Below are positions 29,235 to 39,696 of a stretch of DNA of 64,000 bases, one piece after another. This DNA is from Desulfomonilia bacterium (GTDB taxonomy: Bacteria; Desulfobacterota; Desulfomonilia; UBA1062): contig CAXXDQ010000002.1 in NCBI GenBank assembly GCA_963664325.2, forward strand, positions 239,250 through 303,249, read 5' to 3'. Both the position numbers and the translations under genes were made by a program. Position 1 is the first letter of the stretch; the number at the start of each line of letters is the position of its first letter. Under the pieces are notes generated by a model that was not told the origin of the DNA, searched no databases, and was given only the letters and a program-made list of their open reading frames with translations.

Positions 29235-29382
29235 CGTATCTCCACTGATTGTATTCCTCTCTTATTTCTTCAAGCGCGGTGATCCGCTCTTCAACCGGTC
29301 TTGATTGCCAATACAGAAAATCATTTGAATCTTTTTGAGCTGTTTCTTTCTTTGAATATACAGGAGATATGCTTCTGATCAT
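29188..29382 (-). CDS. Small partner protein of the nucleotidyltransferase (putative TA-like pair)
   Basis: 64 aa, YWQSRPVEERITALEEIR; overlaps the nucleotidyltransferase start. Confidence 0.7.
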   Translation of the reverse strand: MIRSISPVYSKKETAQKDSNDFLYWQSRPVEERITALEEIREEYNQWRYGAEQGFQRVYTIIKK

Positions 29383-29417
29383 GATTTTAATGTATCATAA
29401 AACAGCTCTCGTAACAA
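29382..29417 (-). promoter_or_regulatory. Sigma70 promoter, leaderless transcript
   Basis: Minus strand TTGTTA-17 nt (ending TGA)-TACATT-6 nt-ATG; no SD. Confidence 0.6.
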
Positions 29418-29456
29418 TTTATTCCCGCTATTATAAGACTTCCCGCAACAGCGTCG

Positions 29457-30509
29457 TCAACCCTCGCTGTTCTCGGTGAAGTATTGCTGTATCCTATCGG
29501 CGGCGTTCTGTCTGATGTTGAAGAAATAGAACGGGTAGTCGAAGGTGTGGTAGACTCCCAGCGGAAAGCCGAAATAATAGTCGGCCGGATCGACGCTGCT
29601 GCAGATCACCACGCCTCTGGTCTTGTTGACGGTGGCATCGGCCAGGTCAGGGATGCGCAGCAGTTCTCCGTATTCGTCAAGCACAGGCGTTCCGCCGGTT
29701 GCAGGGTTCAGCTCTATGGAACCGCGGTTCTGCTCTGCGGTCGCCGGAGTCTCTTCTGTTGTCCATGAGATCGGGTTTATGGCGATACCCCCGGGACGCG
29801 TGACCGGGTTCGTGCCGTCAATGACCGGGGCCTCGGTGTTCCATGAGACGATGACGCCGGTATCATTGCTGTCCGTGGCGAACTTGAGGTGCGGGTTCTG
29901 CGCAAGGTAATCGAAGGTGACTGACTGTCCGATGATATAGGCGGCGATCATCCGCCTGTAAACGTCAGGGTGCGCCTTCATGTAATCCGACAGGATGAAT
30001 ATGAGCACGGCCGAACCCTGCGAGTGCCCGGCCAGGATGAAAGGGCGGCCGTTGTTGAAGTGATCCAGATAGTATTCGAAGGCCGCGGTTACATCAATCA
30101 GGGGCTCCTTCTGAATGTTTTCGTCCTGCTGGGCGAAAGGCAAGGACAGTTGATACCTGGCGTCCACCTGCCGGTAAAAGGGCGCATAGATGTTGGCATA
30201 GGGGGCAAAGGCGGCGGCTGTCCTCTGTATGGCGGTTTTGGCGCCCTGCACCATCGTCGGGTTGTCGATGGCGCAAAAATTCGGGTCATCCGGGGAGGCC
30301 TTGCTGTAGGCGGTCGGATAAACATAGAAAACATCCACAGTCTTGTCGGTCGAGGTGGGGGCCGCCAGCCAATGTGCTGCTATAGAGTAATCGGTGGGTG
30401 TAATGGCAGTATCTTCCGAGTTGGCGCTGTCTCCGCAACCCGTCAATACAAGCATGGTGAGGCACAAAGCGACAAATTCGAACCTGCGAACCTGTGTCAT
30501 AAATTTCAT
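29457..30509 (-). CDS. DUF3089 family alpha/beta-hydrolase lipoprotein
   Basis: Lipobox LTG-C; VDVFYVYPT, YAPFYRQ, GRPFILAGHSQG, YHTFDYPFY. Confidence 0.85.
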   Translation of the reverse strand: MKFMTQVRRFEFVALCLTMLVLTGCGDSANSEDTAITPTDYSIAAHWLAAPTSTDKTVDVFYVYPTAYSKASPDDPNFCAIDNPTMVQGAKTAIQRTAAAFAPYANIYAPFYRQVDARYQLSLPFAQQDENIQKEPLIDVTAAFEYYLDHFNNGRPFILAGHSQGSAVLIFILSDYMKAHPDVYRRMIAAYIIGQSVTFDYLAQNPHLKFATDSNDTGVIVSWNTEAPVIDGTNPVTRPGGIAINPISWTTEETPATAEQNRGSIELNPATGGTPVLDEYGELLRIPDLADATVNKTRGVVICSSVDPADYYFGFPLGVYHTFDYPFYFFNIRQNAADRIQQYFTENSEG

Positions 30510-30839
30510 AATTCAATATCCTCAAGTCTTTCTATGATCGGTCTTCTATCCATTGTCCGGTCCGGCCTGGATGAACTTTCCGATAAAATATCTTTCGACA
30601 GGTATCGGCTTCATCTTTAATCAAACTTTTCAGAAAGCCAACCGAGGGGATCTTGCGGGTAACAGTCTCAGTCATTGTTTCTGCAAAAAAACCGGGTGGG
30701 GGTTGTCCGTGGACTGCAAGCGAATAAACACCTGCAGCCTGCATTAAATGTTTTTTCTTAACCCCGGCCTGATCAAGAAAGATTAAAAATTTGCCGATAA
30801 GTTAATTAACCACAGGCAGTTATGTAAGAGGAGAGATTA

Positions 30840-32162
30840 ATGAAGCATTGCATGATGACTCTGGTAGCGATCATATTATTGTCGATGAGTTGCGTTTGCG
30901 GCTGCGGCTCAGGCAGCTCCAGTTCCAATGACGACGACCAGACGGCCGTAACGATCAGCAGGGTGAACGACACATATTACATGGTCGATCTGTACATGAC
31001 CAAGGCAAGCCATTATGAGATCGGAAGGCAGTACGCCCTGCAGATAAAAAAGAATGTCCCGGATTTTGAAAAGCATATTGACAGTATCCTTGTTAATACA
31101 ATCGAGCTGCTCCAGATAATGGACCCGTATATCGATTTCAAGACGCTCAGCACAAGAGCGAACGCCATATTCGCGAATGTCCCTGAAGACTATCGTCAGG
31201 AGATCCTGGGGATGCAGTCCGTCTTTTCAAGCGATGATGATACTCAGGACAACGGTAGGCTCTCCAAGAACAAACTTCTCGTCTATGCCCTGGGCCCTGA
31301 TGTCGCCCGGGCAGGCAACTGTTCCGCTTCCGCCGCTTTCGGCAGCGCAACGGAAAACGGAAAGACGATAGTCGGACGCCACCTCGAATGGAACGATTAC
31401 ACACTGGAGGACCTGTCCTATCTGCATGCTGTTATGGTCACGCACAATGGCTCCAAATCGATAGTGAATTCCTGTTTCGCGGGCCAGCTCTTCGTCATCA
31501 GCGGTTTTAATACCAGCAAGGTGTTTGCGGCCATCCTGGACAGCGATGTCGCAGAGGAATATAAGCTGTACGGTAATGAAAGGTCGTATGTAATGGACCT
31601 TCGATATGCGCTGGAAAACAATACGACCATTCAGGATGTCGCCGGTTTTCTCTCGCGCAAAAATTACGCCTATGACTTCAATATTTTTCTGGCGGACGAA
31701 AATGTTGCCAAGGTCCTTGAAAACGACGTCGATACGCCCTTCAGCGGCTTGAGAACATCGACATCCGTATTAAAAGATGATGAGGACCTTGAGCCGTGGC
31801 CGTTTGCCAATGCCATATCCTGCGTCAACTTCTTCGTGCTTCCCGAAACCGTAGACAACCTCGATGTCTGGGAAGGCAACATGCCAAGGTGGGACAGTTT
31901 CATCACCCTTTACGGACAGTATCTGGCCGAGGGGAAGATCACGACCGACGTGATGAAGGAGATAATGTCCTATCCCGGTCCCGAGGGCGACTGCCAGGCG
32001 GAGAACGGCGCCATATGGAGGGCAGATGACGGCGATTCGGTGATGCAGTCCATCATAATAAGAATGGACACGCTTCAAACGTGGATATCCTTCCAGCCGG
32101 CGGGAAAAGACCCGATTACAAAGCCCAACTATATAAAGGTCTTCAGCGGAAGTCCTTTTTAG
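30840..32162 (+). CDS. C45-family Ntn hydrolase/acyltransferase, probable lipoprotein
   Basis: Signal peptide with CGCG and a Ser-rich linker; HYEIGRQY, EILGM, self-cleavage site GN-CSA, TIVGRHLEW. Confidence 0.75.
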   Translation: MKHCMMTLVAIILLSMSCVCGCGSGSSSSNDDDQTAVTISRVNDTYYMVDLYMTKASHYEIGRQYALQIKKNVPDFEKHIDSILVNTIELLQIMDPYIDFKTLSTRANAIFANVPEDYRQEILGMQSVFSSDDDTQDNGRLSKNKLLVYALGPDVARAGNCSASAAFGSATENGKTIVGRHLEWNDYTLEDLSYLHAVMVTHNGSKSIVNSCFAGQLFVISGFNTSKVFAAILDSDVAEEYKLYGNERSYVMDLRYALENNTTIQDVAGFLSRKNYAYDFNIFLADENVAKVLENDVDTPFSGLRTSTSVLKDDEDLEPWPFANAISCVNFFVLPETVDNLDVWEGNMPRWDSFITLYGQYLAEGKITTDVMKEIMSYPGPEGDCQAENGAIWRADDGDSVMQSIIIRMDTLQTWISFQPAGKDPITKPNYIKVFSGSPF

Positions 32163-32393
32163 GGCCGCTTCCGGGGATTGGTGGAATTGACATTTGTTCA
32201 GGTGAACCAAAGCCCGTGGGGCGAGCGGGCCGCCTGCCAGAAGGAATAAAGCTTATCAGCACTTTACCCTTAAAAATATCTGAGATTGCTGTCTGACATT
32301 ATCAGTTCCTGTTGCTTTAATTCTCTTTTGGCTCAGATCATTCATTGCCCCGGCCATAGTTTCGTTATATCCTGTAAGCGCAAGGAGTAAATT

Positions 32394-32945
32394 ATGAACA
32401 AATGCCTCATTATTGTTGATATCCAGAATGACTATTTCCCCGGCGGTAAAATGGAGCTTGCCGGAATTGAAGAGGCCGCGCAAAAGGCCAGTCTTCTGCT
32501 GACGGAATTCAGAAAGACGGGGTTGCCCGTCATTTACATACAGCACATTTCAATGGCGCCCAATGCCTTTTTTTTGATGCCCGGAACGGATGGAGCAAAA
32601 ATAAATGACATGGTGGCTCCCAAAAAGGACGAAACGGTTGCCGTAAAAAATTATCCGAACAGTTTTCGTGATACATGCTTGCTTGAAATCCTCAGGAATA
32701 TGCATATTGACGATCTTGTTATATGCGGCGCCATGAGCCACATGTGTATTGACGCCACTACCCGTGCGGCCTTCGATCTTGGCTTCAATTGTATTGTCGC
32801 CGAGGATGCATGTGCGACAAGGGACCTGTACTTTAATAACAGAATTGTAAAAGCTTCGGAGGTCCATGCATCCTTTATGGCTGCTTTATCCTATCCTTTC
32901 GCCAAAGTGGTTACTGCAAAAGATATTTTGAGAGACATGGCATAA
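32394..32945 (+). CDS. Isochorismatase-family cysteine hydrolase
   Basis: IVDIQNDYF, K..PNSF, GAMSHMCIDATTR. Confidence 0.92.
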   Translation: MNKCLIIVDIQNDYFPGGKMELAGIEEAAQKASLLLTEFRKTGLPVIYIQHISMAPNAFFLMPGTDGAKINDMVAPKKDETVAVKNYPNSFRDTCLLEILRNMHIDDLVICGAMSHMCIDATTRAAFDLGFNCIVAEDACATRDLYFNNRIVKASEVHASFMAALSYPFAKVVTAKDILRDMA

Positions 32946-33103
32946 TAAGGGAATGACTTAAAGGATCCGGTCAGATAACTTTTCCCGGGGGCTTTATGAA
33001 GGCTTCATTGCCGCGAGTTTTGTCTCAAGGTGATTGACTCGTTGTATGAGTGTGTGAGATAAACTGTATTATTGCTATACAATAATTATGAGCGAGGTGT
33101 TAA

Positions 33104-35512
33104 ATGACGTCAGAAAAGCTGGGAAAATATTTCGTGATTGTCCTGATGGCTGCACTCACACTCATGGTTTCCTGCAAGGTCAAATCCGTAGGCCCGTGGC
33201 ATCCTGAACGCACATCCTACCCGAGAACGATCTATAAGGCTAGTGAGCTCGATGCGATCAAGGCCAGACTCGACCGGTTTCCCTACAATGTGCTTTATAA
33301 CCGTGTTCTGTGGCAGGCTGGCCGCACTCCGGCACCGCCGGCTGAGAAGTTTGTGCCTCCAACCCAGTACGACAACGCAAACATTGCAAAATCCGCGGCC
33401 TTTGTTTTTGCCGTGAGCGGAGACGAAGCGAGCAGACAGAAAGCTGTAGACATATTAAAAACCATTCCCCAGGAATTCGATACTCTCACCTTTGAACTTT
33501 TTGACCGGGACATAAATATTGCGGAAGCCCTCATGTGCTATGCGCAGGCCCTCGACATGCTGCTCGGCGCCGATGCCTTGAACTCTACCGACAGAAGCAT
33601 AATAGAAGAAAGGCTGGGTAATATCACGGAAAAGTTCTTCAACAACTGGGCCGAGCTTATCTGCGGGGTTTACGAATTTGCCCGCAATAATCATCATACC
33701 AAGATGGCGTCCGCTTTCGGAATGGTAGCAATAGTATTGAATAATAACCCGATGGCGAAAGTGTGGATAGATTATGCCATGAACGAAGTCGATACAGACC
33801 TTGGCAGCCTGGTTACAGCCGACGGCGGCTATGCGGAGGGCCCGTACTACTGGACATATTCCGCAAGCAATGTGCTGCCTTTTGCATGGGCCTACCATCT
33901 GTTCAATGAAGGCCAGGCCGAGACCTTTACAGACAGGCCCTGCTATTTGAGCGGGCTCGGGCAGAACGGAAAAGCAGTCGTGATCAAGGACTTCTTTTCT
34001 GACTGGAAGATCAAGGCCCTTTCCGAGTGGATGATAAAAGTGCGGCAGCCTGACGGATTCACGCCGCCTTATGATGATTCAAATTTGGGCGGATATTACA
34101 ATGCCATAATCGCAGGAGTTTACAGTGAAGGCGTATTCGCCTGGGACTGGCTGACATCTTCGGCATATCTCCAGTCACAGAACTGCGCGGACCTCAGTGT
34201 CGATATAATATGCGACTATGACGACAGCATCACTCCTGTCAAACCCTCATGGCAGCCCAGCATGCTCATGAAAGAGGCCGGCAATGCGGTTATGAGGAGC
34301 GGCTGGGACGCGGATGATTCATATGTGATGTTCCTGGCCGAGAACGGCAAGGCAAGGACGAACGGCTACGGGCATGAGCACCCTGACGGGCTCAGCTTCA
34401 TCCTTTATGCGCTCGGCAAAAGTCTGGCCATAGACAGCGGGTACATCAATTATGAAAACCATGACATGGTAAGGCATGCAAAAAACCATAATGTCATACT
34501 TGTCGACGGCAAGGCCCCCGAGCCCGGGGTGTATACGTCGGGCGGGGTTGATGCGTTTTTCAAGGATTTCATGACAACGCCTTTCATGGACTACTGTTCG
34601 GCCTGGACCGAGTTCTCGGGGGTCCGGCACAGCCGTTCACTTCTGTTCCCTGGCAAAAGATATCTGGTTGTGTCGGATGATATCAAAAACAACGGGACGC
34701 TGGTGCATACCTACAACTGGCTGCTGCACGGAAACGGCGGGGGGTCCACAGGCGGGACATTTACTCCCGCTGCAGACGGCGGATTGTGGATTAACGGCAA
34801 TGCCGGTCTCAGGGCTGTGGTGGTTTCGCCTGAAGGAAGCCTTAATCTGAGCACTCATGAAGATTATCACGGCTTTGACTGGGGTGACATAGAAACCCAT
34901 ACAGTGCTGCAGGCAGACATCCAGGTAAAAAATGCGCGCTATCTTGCGGTTTTGTATCCCTATGCGGTTGGAGCAGTTGAGCCAGATATAAAACCAATGG
35001 ATGACCCTGACGGTAAAGCCATCAAAATTGCAGAACCGGAAAGCACTACACTGGTAAGGGTGCAATCGGCATCCAAAAAAGGGCAGTCATGGTCAGTAGG
35101 CGGGATAAGCGGCAATCCTGAATTTCCTGCCATAACAAGCGATGCGGGACTGGTCCGGGTTGCGGCCGGAAGCGATGGAACCCTGAAAGAAGCTTTCCTG
35201 GAAGACGCATCGAGCCTTATAATCAATGATACTGAAATATTCGGTTCGGAATCAAAAATCATCCTGGCCCTTTCATTCGGCGAGGGCCTTATCAGCGGCC
35301 ATATCATAGCGCCTTCAGGAACCAGCCTGGATTTGTTTACGGACGGAGCTCCCCTGTCCGTAGAGGGCGATACTGTAAGCGGTTTCGTTTCAGAAGGTCC
35401 GGGCATGACACGGATTACTTTTTCAGGCCAGGGCGATTTTACTGTCTACCTGTCCGGAAGTTCGATATTAAGCAGACTGGCAGCAAAAGAAAAACTTCTG
35501 CCGGGTTTGTGA
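33104..35512 (+). CDS. Heparinase II/III-like exported polysaccharide lyase (probable lipoprotein)
   Basis: Lipobox MVS-C; NNHH, DGGYAEGPYYW, RSGW, GHEHPDGLSF, DSGY, HNVILVDG. Confidence 0.78.
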   Translation: MTSEKLGKYFVIVLMAALTLMVSCKVKSVGPWHPERTSYPRTIYKASELDAIKARLDRFPYNVLYNRVLWQAGRTPAPPAEKFVPPTQYDNANIAKSAAFVFAVSGDEASRQKAVDILKTIPQEFDTLTFELFDRDINIAEALMCYAQALDMLLGADALNSTDRSIIEERLGNITEKFFNNWAELICGVYEFARNNHHTKMASAFGMVAIVLNNNPMAKVWIDYAMNEVDTDLGSLVTADGGYAEGPYYWTYSASNVLPFAWAYHLFNEGQAETFTDRPCYLSGLGQNGKAVVIKDFFSDWKIKALSEWMIKVRQPDGFTPPYDDSNLGGYYNAIIAGVYSEGVFAWDWLTSSAYLQSQNCADLSVDIICDYDDSITPVKPSWQPSMLMKEAGNAVMRSGWDADDSYVMFLAENGKARTNGYGHEHPDGLSFILYALGKSLAIDSGYINYENHDMVRHAKNHNVILVDGKAPEPGVYTSGGVDAFFKDFMTTPFMDYCSAWTEFSGVRHSRSLLFPGKRYLVVSDDIKNNGTLVHTYNWLLHGNGGGSTGGTFTPAADGGLWINGNAGLRAVVVSPEGSLNLSTHEDYHGFDWGDIETHTVLQADIQVKNARYLAVLYPYAVGAVEPDIKPMDDPDGKAIKIAEPESTTLVRVQSASKKGQSWSVGGISGNPEFPAITSDAGLVRVAAGSDGTLKEAFLEDASSLIINDTEIFGSESKIILALSFGEGLISGHIIAPSGTSLDLFTDGAPLSVEGDTVSGFVSEGPGMTRITFSGQGDFTVYLSGSSILSRLAAKEKLLPGL

Positions 35513-35680
35513 AACAGCATCCAATGGCACCCGGGGTGGCAGCCGGGCGCCCTGGTTTCATTAAAGGTAACCCCTGGGGAAGCGGCTGAAAACCGTTTGC
35601 TGATAGATGATAAAGCTGTATACCAATTGATTTGAAGGGCAATGACTTATGCTTTTGGCAACATCCCCAATCCGTGTGAA

Positions 35681-36607
35681 ATGAAAAGCAGAAATAACAG
35701 CTTTACCGTGATAGCCGTGTTCATGATCGTTTTTTTATGCATGATTCCGTGCATCCTTAACGCGAAACAATTTTCCAGGCTCGATACAAGGGATGTATCC
35801 GTCTATTTCGATGAAGCCCATGCCCTTGCCGCCCGTCAGGTCATCGAGCTCTATCCTGCAGTCAGGGCCGGACTGGAGGCGACGCTGACCTGGAAAGTGG
35901 ATTTCAAGCCGGCCGTGCTGCTGGCGCCCGACAGGAGAACCTTCGCTGACATGGCGGGCAGCCCCCTGGTTGTCGCATATGCCGTTCCGGACAAGATGCT
36001 CATCGTCATTGACTATTCGAGGATGAACATAGAACCGTTCACCCTCTCGGCCACACTCGAGCATGAGATGTGCCACCTTCTCCTCCACCGCTACATACAG
36101 GAAACACCGCTCCCCAGGTGGATCGATGAAGGGGTCTGCCAGTGGGCCAGCGGGGGGCTTGCCGAACTTGTCACCGGCAACAGGCAGTCCGCCCTTGCCT
36201 GGGCCGCCTTGAGCGGCGGGTTCATTCCGCTGAACGCCCTTTCGCTTAATTTTCCGCAGGACGGGCAATCCATGGCCCTGGCCTATGAAGAGAGCCGGAG
36301 TGTGGTCGAGTACATAGTTTCGAACTTCGGGAAGAGCGGCCTTCTTAACATCCTTAATGCCATGAAAAGCAGCCAGGATGTAAGCGATGCGGTAAGCATG
36401 AGCCTTGGGATGTCCATCGAAGAGCTTCAAAAAGAGTGGGAGGTGAGCCAGCGTAGCTGGACCGTCGTCATATCCGCCCTGGCCGCAAACCTCTATACTA
36501 TCCTCTTTGTAATCGGCGCCCTGCTTACTCTGGCTGTCTACATGCGCCTGATCATCAGGAAGAGGCGTTTCAGGGATGAAGAGGAAGAGGAAAACTTAAA
36601 GGCGTAA
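35681..36607 (+). CDS. Peptidase MA-like metallohydrolase, membrane anchored
   Basis: HEMCH (HExxH), PRWIDEG, AYEES; N- and C-terminal transmembrane segments; start uncertain. Confidence 0.78.
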   Translation: MKSRNNSFTVIAVFMIVFLCMIPCILNAKQFSRLDTRDVSVYFDEAHALAARQVIELYPAVRAGLEATLTWKVDFKPAVLLAPDRRTFADMAGSPLVVAYAVPDKMLIVIDYSRMNIEPFTLSATLEHEMCHLLLHRYIQETPLPRWIDEGVCQWASGGLAELVTGNRQSALAWAALSGGFIPLNALSLNFPQDGQSMALAYEESRSVVEYIVSNFGKSGLLNILNAMKSSQDVSDAVSMSLGMSIEELQKEWEVSQRSWTVVISALAANLYTILFVIGALLTLAVYMRLIIRKRRFRDEEEEENLKA

Positions 36608-36747
36608 AGCTGTTATTCTTTACAATTCCGCTCTGGCATTCTCAGAATAGTTGATGCATTATGATTTGTAATTCAGGGGGGAGGCGGCAGGTATTAAAGA
36701 TTGATTTGTATTTAATCTCCTGACCATATAATTACCGGAGGTTCCTG

Positions 36748-38688
36748 ATGGGAAAGGTCTTAACTTTTGTAATGGCAATGCTGGAAAAAGGATTTCATAA
36801 AACGGCTCCGGCGTTGATCGATGCGGTTTTCCATGATGTTCCGGATATGCACCTGAAGAATGAAGATATACTGAAGAATTTCGAGGAAATTCTTAACAGG
36901 AACAAGACAGCTGCTTTTGGCTATACCGCTTTCATTATGATATTCAACCTGGTTCCCCTTATGCTTTACGGGAAGCCATTTTTAAAGCTTTCCCCTGAAA
37001 AACGGCATGAGCTTCTCAAACGTTTGATCGACTCAAATTTCATTGTCCCGAGAATGATCGGCGTTGCGGCCAGCTTCCCGTTCAAATTCGGATATGTAAG
37101 TTCGGCAGAGGTGCATGATTCACTGAACGTCCCATACCGGAAAGAGAAGATATGTCCGGAGCCCGAACCGCGCTGGATGAAGCAGATAACACCGGCGGCC
37201 GGTTTTGAGTCCGATGAGCTTATCGAAGCGGATGCGGTTGTCATCGGGACCGGAGCCGGCGGAGCGGCTGTCGCCAAAGAGCTTGCGGAAAAAGGGTATG
37301 CCGTGGCCATCATCGAAGAGGGAGAGTTCTACCGCCGCGAGTCCTTTACGGGCAATCCGCTGGACATGGTACCCATGCTGTATAAGAACAACGGGTTTAC
37401 CGGGACATACGGCAACACTGTCATTCCACTCCAGAGGGGAAGGGCGGTGGGCGGCACCACCCTGATAAATTCGGCAACCTGCTTCAGGACCCCGGAAGAT
37501 GTGCTCAATGAGTGGGTCGGCATGGGACTGTCGGATTTCACGCCGCAGGCTATGGAGCCTTATTTCGAGCGCGTTGAAAAGATGATCAGTGTGCAGGAGT
37601 GCGAGGCCAGGTATATCGGCCCGATAGGCGAGGTCATCAGGGACGGCTGCACCTCTCTCGGCTACAGCTGCGGTCCTCTCAAGCACAACATCATAGATTG
37701 CGACGGGCAGGGCGTATGTACCCAGGGCTGTCCGAAGGATTCCAAACAGTCCACCAATTTAACCTATATCCCGAAGGCTTTAAATGCCGCGGCCCAGCTT
37801 TTTACCGGTTTCGAAGTGGCGGATATCCTTACAGAGGGGGAGCGTGCGACAGGCATAAGGGCTACCGGAACGGGAAAGAACGGGCGGAAGGTGACGCTCA
37901 CCTGCAGGGCCAGGGCCGTTATATTGTCCTCCGGCACGTTCGTGTCCCCGGTGCTTATACAGAAGAACCGTCTCGTCAGGGGAAACAAGTGGGTCGGAAA
38001 AAATCTCACCATACACCCCTGCGTCTTTGTCGGCGCCATGTTTCCGGACCGTGAGATGAGAAACAACGAAAGCATCCCGCAGGGATTCATGATTGACCAG
38101 TTCGAAGAAAAGGGATTGCGGTTCGAAGGCGGTACGCCTCCCTTCATGGTGCTGGCAAGCATACTGCCGGGCATCGGGAAGGAATATATCGACTGGGTTT
38201 CGTCATACAGTCATGTCGCGATATTCGGGTGCATGGTCAAGGATACAAGCACAGGTTTTGTAAGACCTGGGCTTAATAAAGCCCCCTTTGCGTACTACAG
38301 TCTGTCAAAAAGAGATACAGAGAGCCTTGTCGAATCCATGCACATCCTGGGCAAGGTCTATTTTGCTGCCGGCGCCACAAAAATCTTTCTGCCGGCTTTC
38401 AACCGCCCGCTAATCGAGAGGCCTGAAGACCTTGATACTATTTTGAGCAGGAACTGGAAACCGAGGGACATGATCCTCTGCGCGTTCCATGCCGTGGGTA
38501 CTGCCAGGATCGGACTGAACAACTCGGATTCCGTACTGGATACCAGTCACCAGTGCCACAGGGTGCCGGGACTGTTTGTTGTCGACGGAAGCAGCATACC
38601 GACGAGTCTCGGCGTCAACCCGATGGAGACGATAATGGCGATGGCGACCAGGGCGGCTGATAAGATTGCGCCCATACTGGACAGGTGA
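36748..38688 (+). CDS. GMC family oxidoreductase
   Basis: VIGTGAGG, GRAVGGTTLINS, C.G.G.C..GC, HAVGTAR, GVNPMETI. Confidence 0.9.
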   Translation: MGKVLTFVMAMLEKGFHKTAPALIDAVFHDVPDMHLKNEDILKNFEEILNRNKTAAFGYTAFIMIFNLVPLMLYGKPFLKLSPEKRHELLKRLIDSNFIVPRMIGVAASFPFKFGYVSSAEVHDSLNVPYRKEKICPEPEPRWMKQITPAAGFESDELIEADAVVIGTGAGGAAVAKELAEKGYAVAIIEEGEFYRRESFTGNPLDMVPMLYKNNGFTGTYGNTVIPLQRGRAVGGTTLINSATCFRTPEDVLNEWVGMGLSDFTPQAMEPYFERVEKMISVQECEARYIGPIGEVIRDGCTSLGYSCGPLKHNIIDCDGQGVCTQGCPKDSKQSTNLTYIPKALNAAAQLFTGFEVADILTEGERATGIRATGTGKNGRKVTLTCRARAVILSSGTFVSPVLIQKNRLVRGNKWVGKNLTIHPCVFVGAMFPDREMRNNESIPQGFMIDQFEEKGLRFEGGTPPFMVLASILPGIGKEYIDWVSSYSHVAIFGCMVKDTSTGFVRPGLNKAPFAYYSLSKRDTESLVESMHILGKVYFAAGATKIFLPAFNRPLIERPEDLDTILSRNWKPRDMILCAFHAVGTARIGLNNSDSVLDTSHQCHRVPGLFVVDGSSIPTSLGVNPMETIMAMATRAADKIAPILDR

Positions 38689-38722
38689 AGGCTCGAAAGT
38701 GAAAAGCCGAATGGGGGGTAAG

Positions 38723-39544
38723 ATGGATCTGATAAAAATCGACGAGAAAACCTGCAACTCCGACGGGATATGCGCTGCTGCGTGTCCGGCAGGTTTGATC
38801 AATATACAGCCGGGAGAATTTCCCGAGATGATTGAGGGTGCGGAGGAAATCTGCATAAGATGCGGGCACTGCGTTGCGTCATGCCCGACGGCAAGCCTGA
38901 CTCACCTCTTTGTACCTGTCAAAAAATGTCAGGCCATAAGAAATGATCTGAAGATATCATTTGAGCAATGCGGGCAGTTCCTCAAGAGCAGGCGCTCCAT
39001 AAGATCTTACAGGGACAAGCCTGTCGTGCGCAGGGACATTCAAATGCTTCTCGATCTGGCGGCTTATGCGCCGTCCGGCCATAACACCCGGCTTAACAAG
39101 TGGCTGGTGATCGACAACAGAGATGAATTGAAAAGGCTTTCCGGCATAGTCATCGACTGGATGCGCTTCATGCTGGATGGCATGAGGGAATTCGCCCTTT
39201 CAATGCATATGGACCGCGCCGTCGAGAGATGGGAGGCGGGAAAAGACGTCATACTGCGCAAGGCCCCGGCCGTTGTCATCGCCTATGACGAGCCCAAAAA
39301 CCCGATGGCCGCTTCAAGCTGCACGATTGCCCTTACATACCTTGAGCTTGCAGCGCATGGCATGGGGCTCGGGGCCTGCTGGGCGGGCTACTTCAATTCA
39401 GCGGCAGTACTTTTTCCGCCGATGAAAGAGGCGCTCGGCCTTCCCGAATCTTACCAGTGCTACGGGAGTATGATGATAGGCTATCCCAAGTTCGATTATG
39501 TGAGGCTGCCGGTAAGGAAGAAGCCGGACATCTTGTGGAGGTGA
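38723..39544 (+). CDS. Nitroreductase with N-terminal 4Fe-4S ferredoxin domain
   Basis: C..DG.C...CP and CIRCGHC...CP; RRSIRSY, APSGHN, GLGACW. Confidence 0.9.
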   Translation: MDLIKIDEKTCNSDGICAAACPAGLINIQPGEFPEMIEGAEEICIRCGHCVASCPTASLTHLFVPVKKCQAIRNDLKISFEQCGQFLKSRRSIRSYRDKPVVRRDIQMLLDLAAYAPSGHNTRLNKWLVIDNRDELKRLSGIVIDWMRFMLDGMREFALSMHMDRAVERWEAGKDVILRKAPAVVIAYDEPKNPMAASSCTIALTYLELAAHGMGLGACWAGYFNSAAVLFPPMKEALGLPESYQCYGSMMIGYPKFDYVRLPVRKKPDILWR

Positions 39545-39696
39545 AACGGGGGCTGAAATGTGGCAGTCCGGGTTTTGACAGGATCTATTTGTATGAGCCG
39601 GGGTATAATCCGACAAAGACGTCTGCTCGTTAAAACATCAAAAACTGAAACTTTATATCTGGCAATAACGGCTGACTTTGTTTAAAATTGTCCGCA

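Noticed and set aside
27494-29456. Prophage, IS or integron at the AT-rich islet
   Set aside because: No integrase or transposase, terminal inverted repeats, target duplication or attC-like structure could be identified.
29970-30620. 216-aa plus-strand ORF
   Set aside because: Antisense to the DUF3089 lipoprotein gene; no recognisable features.
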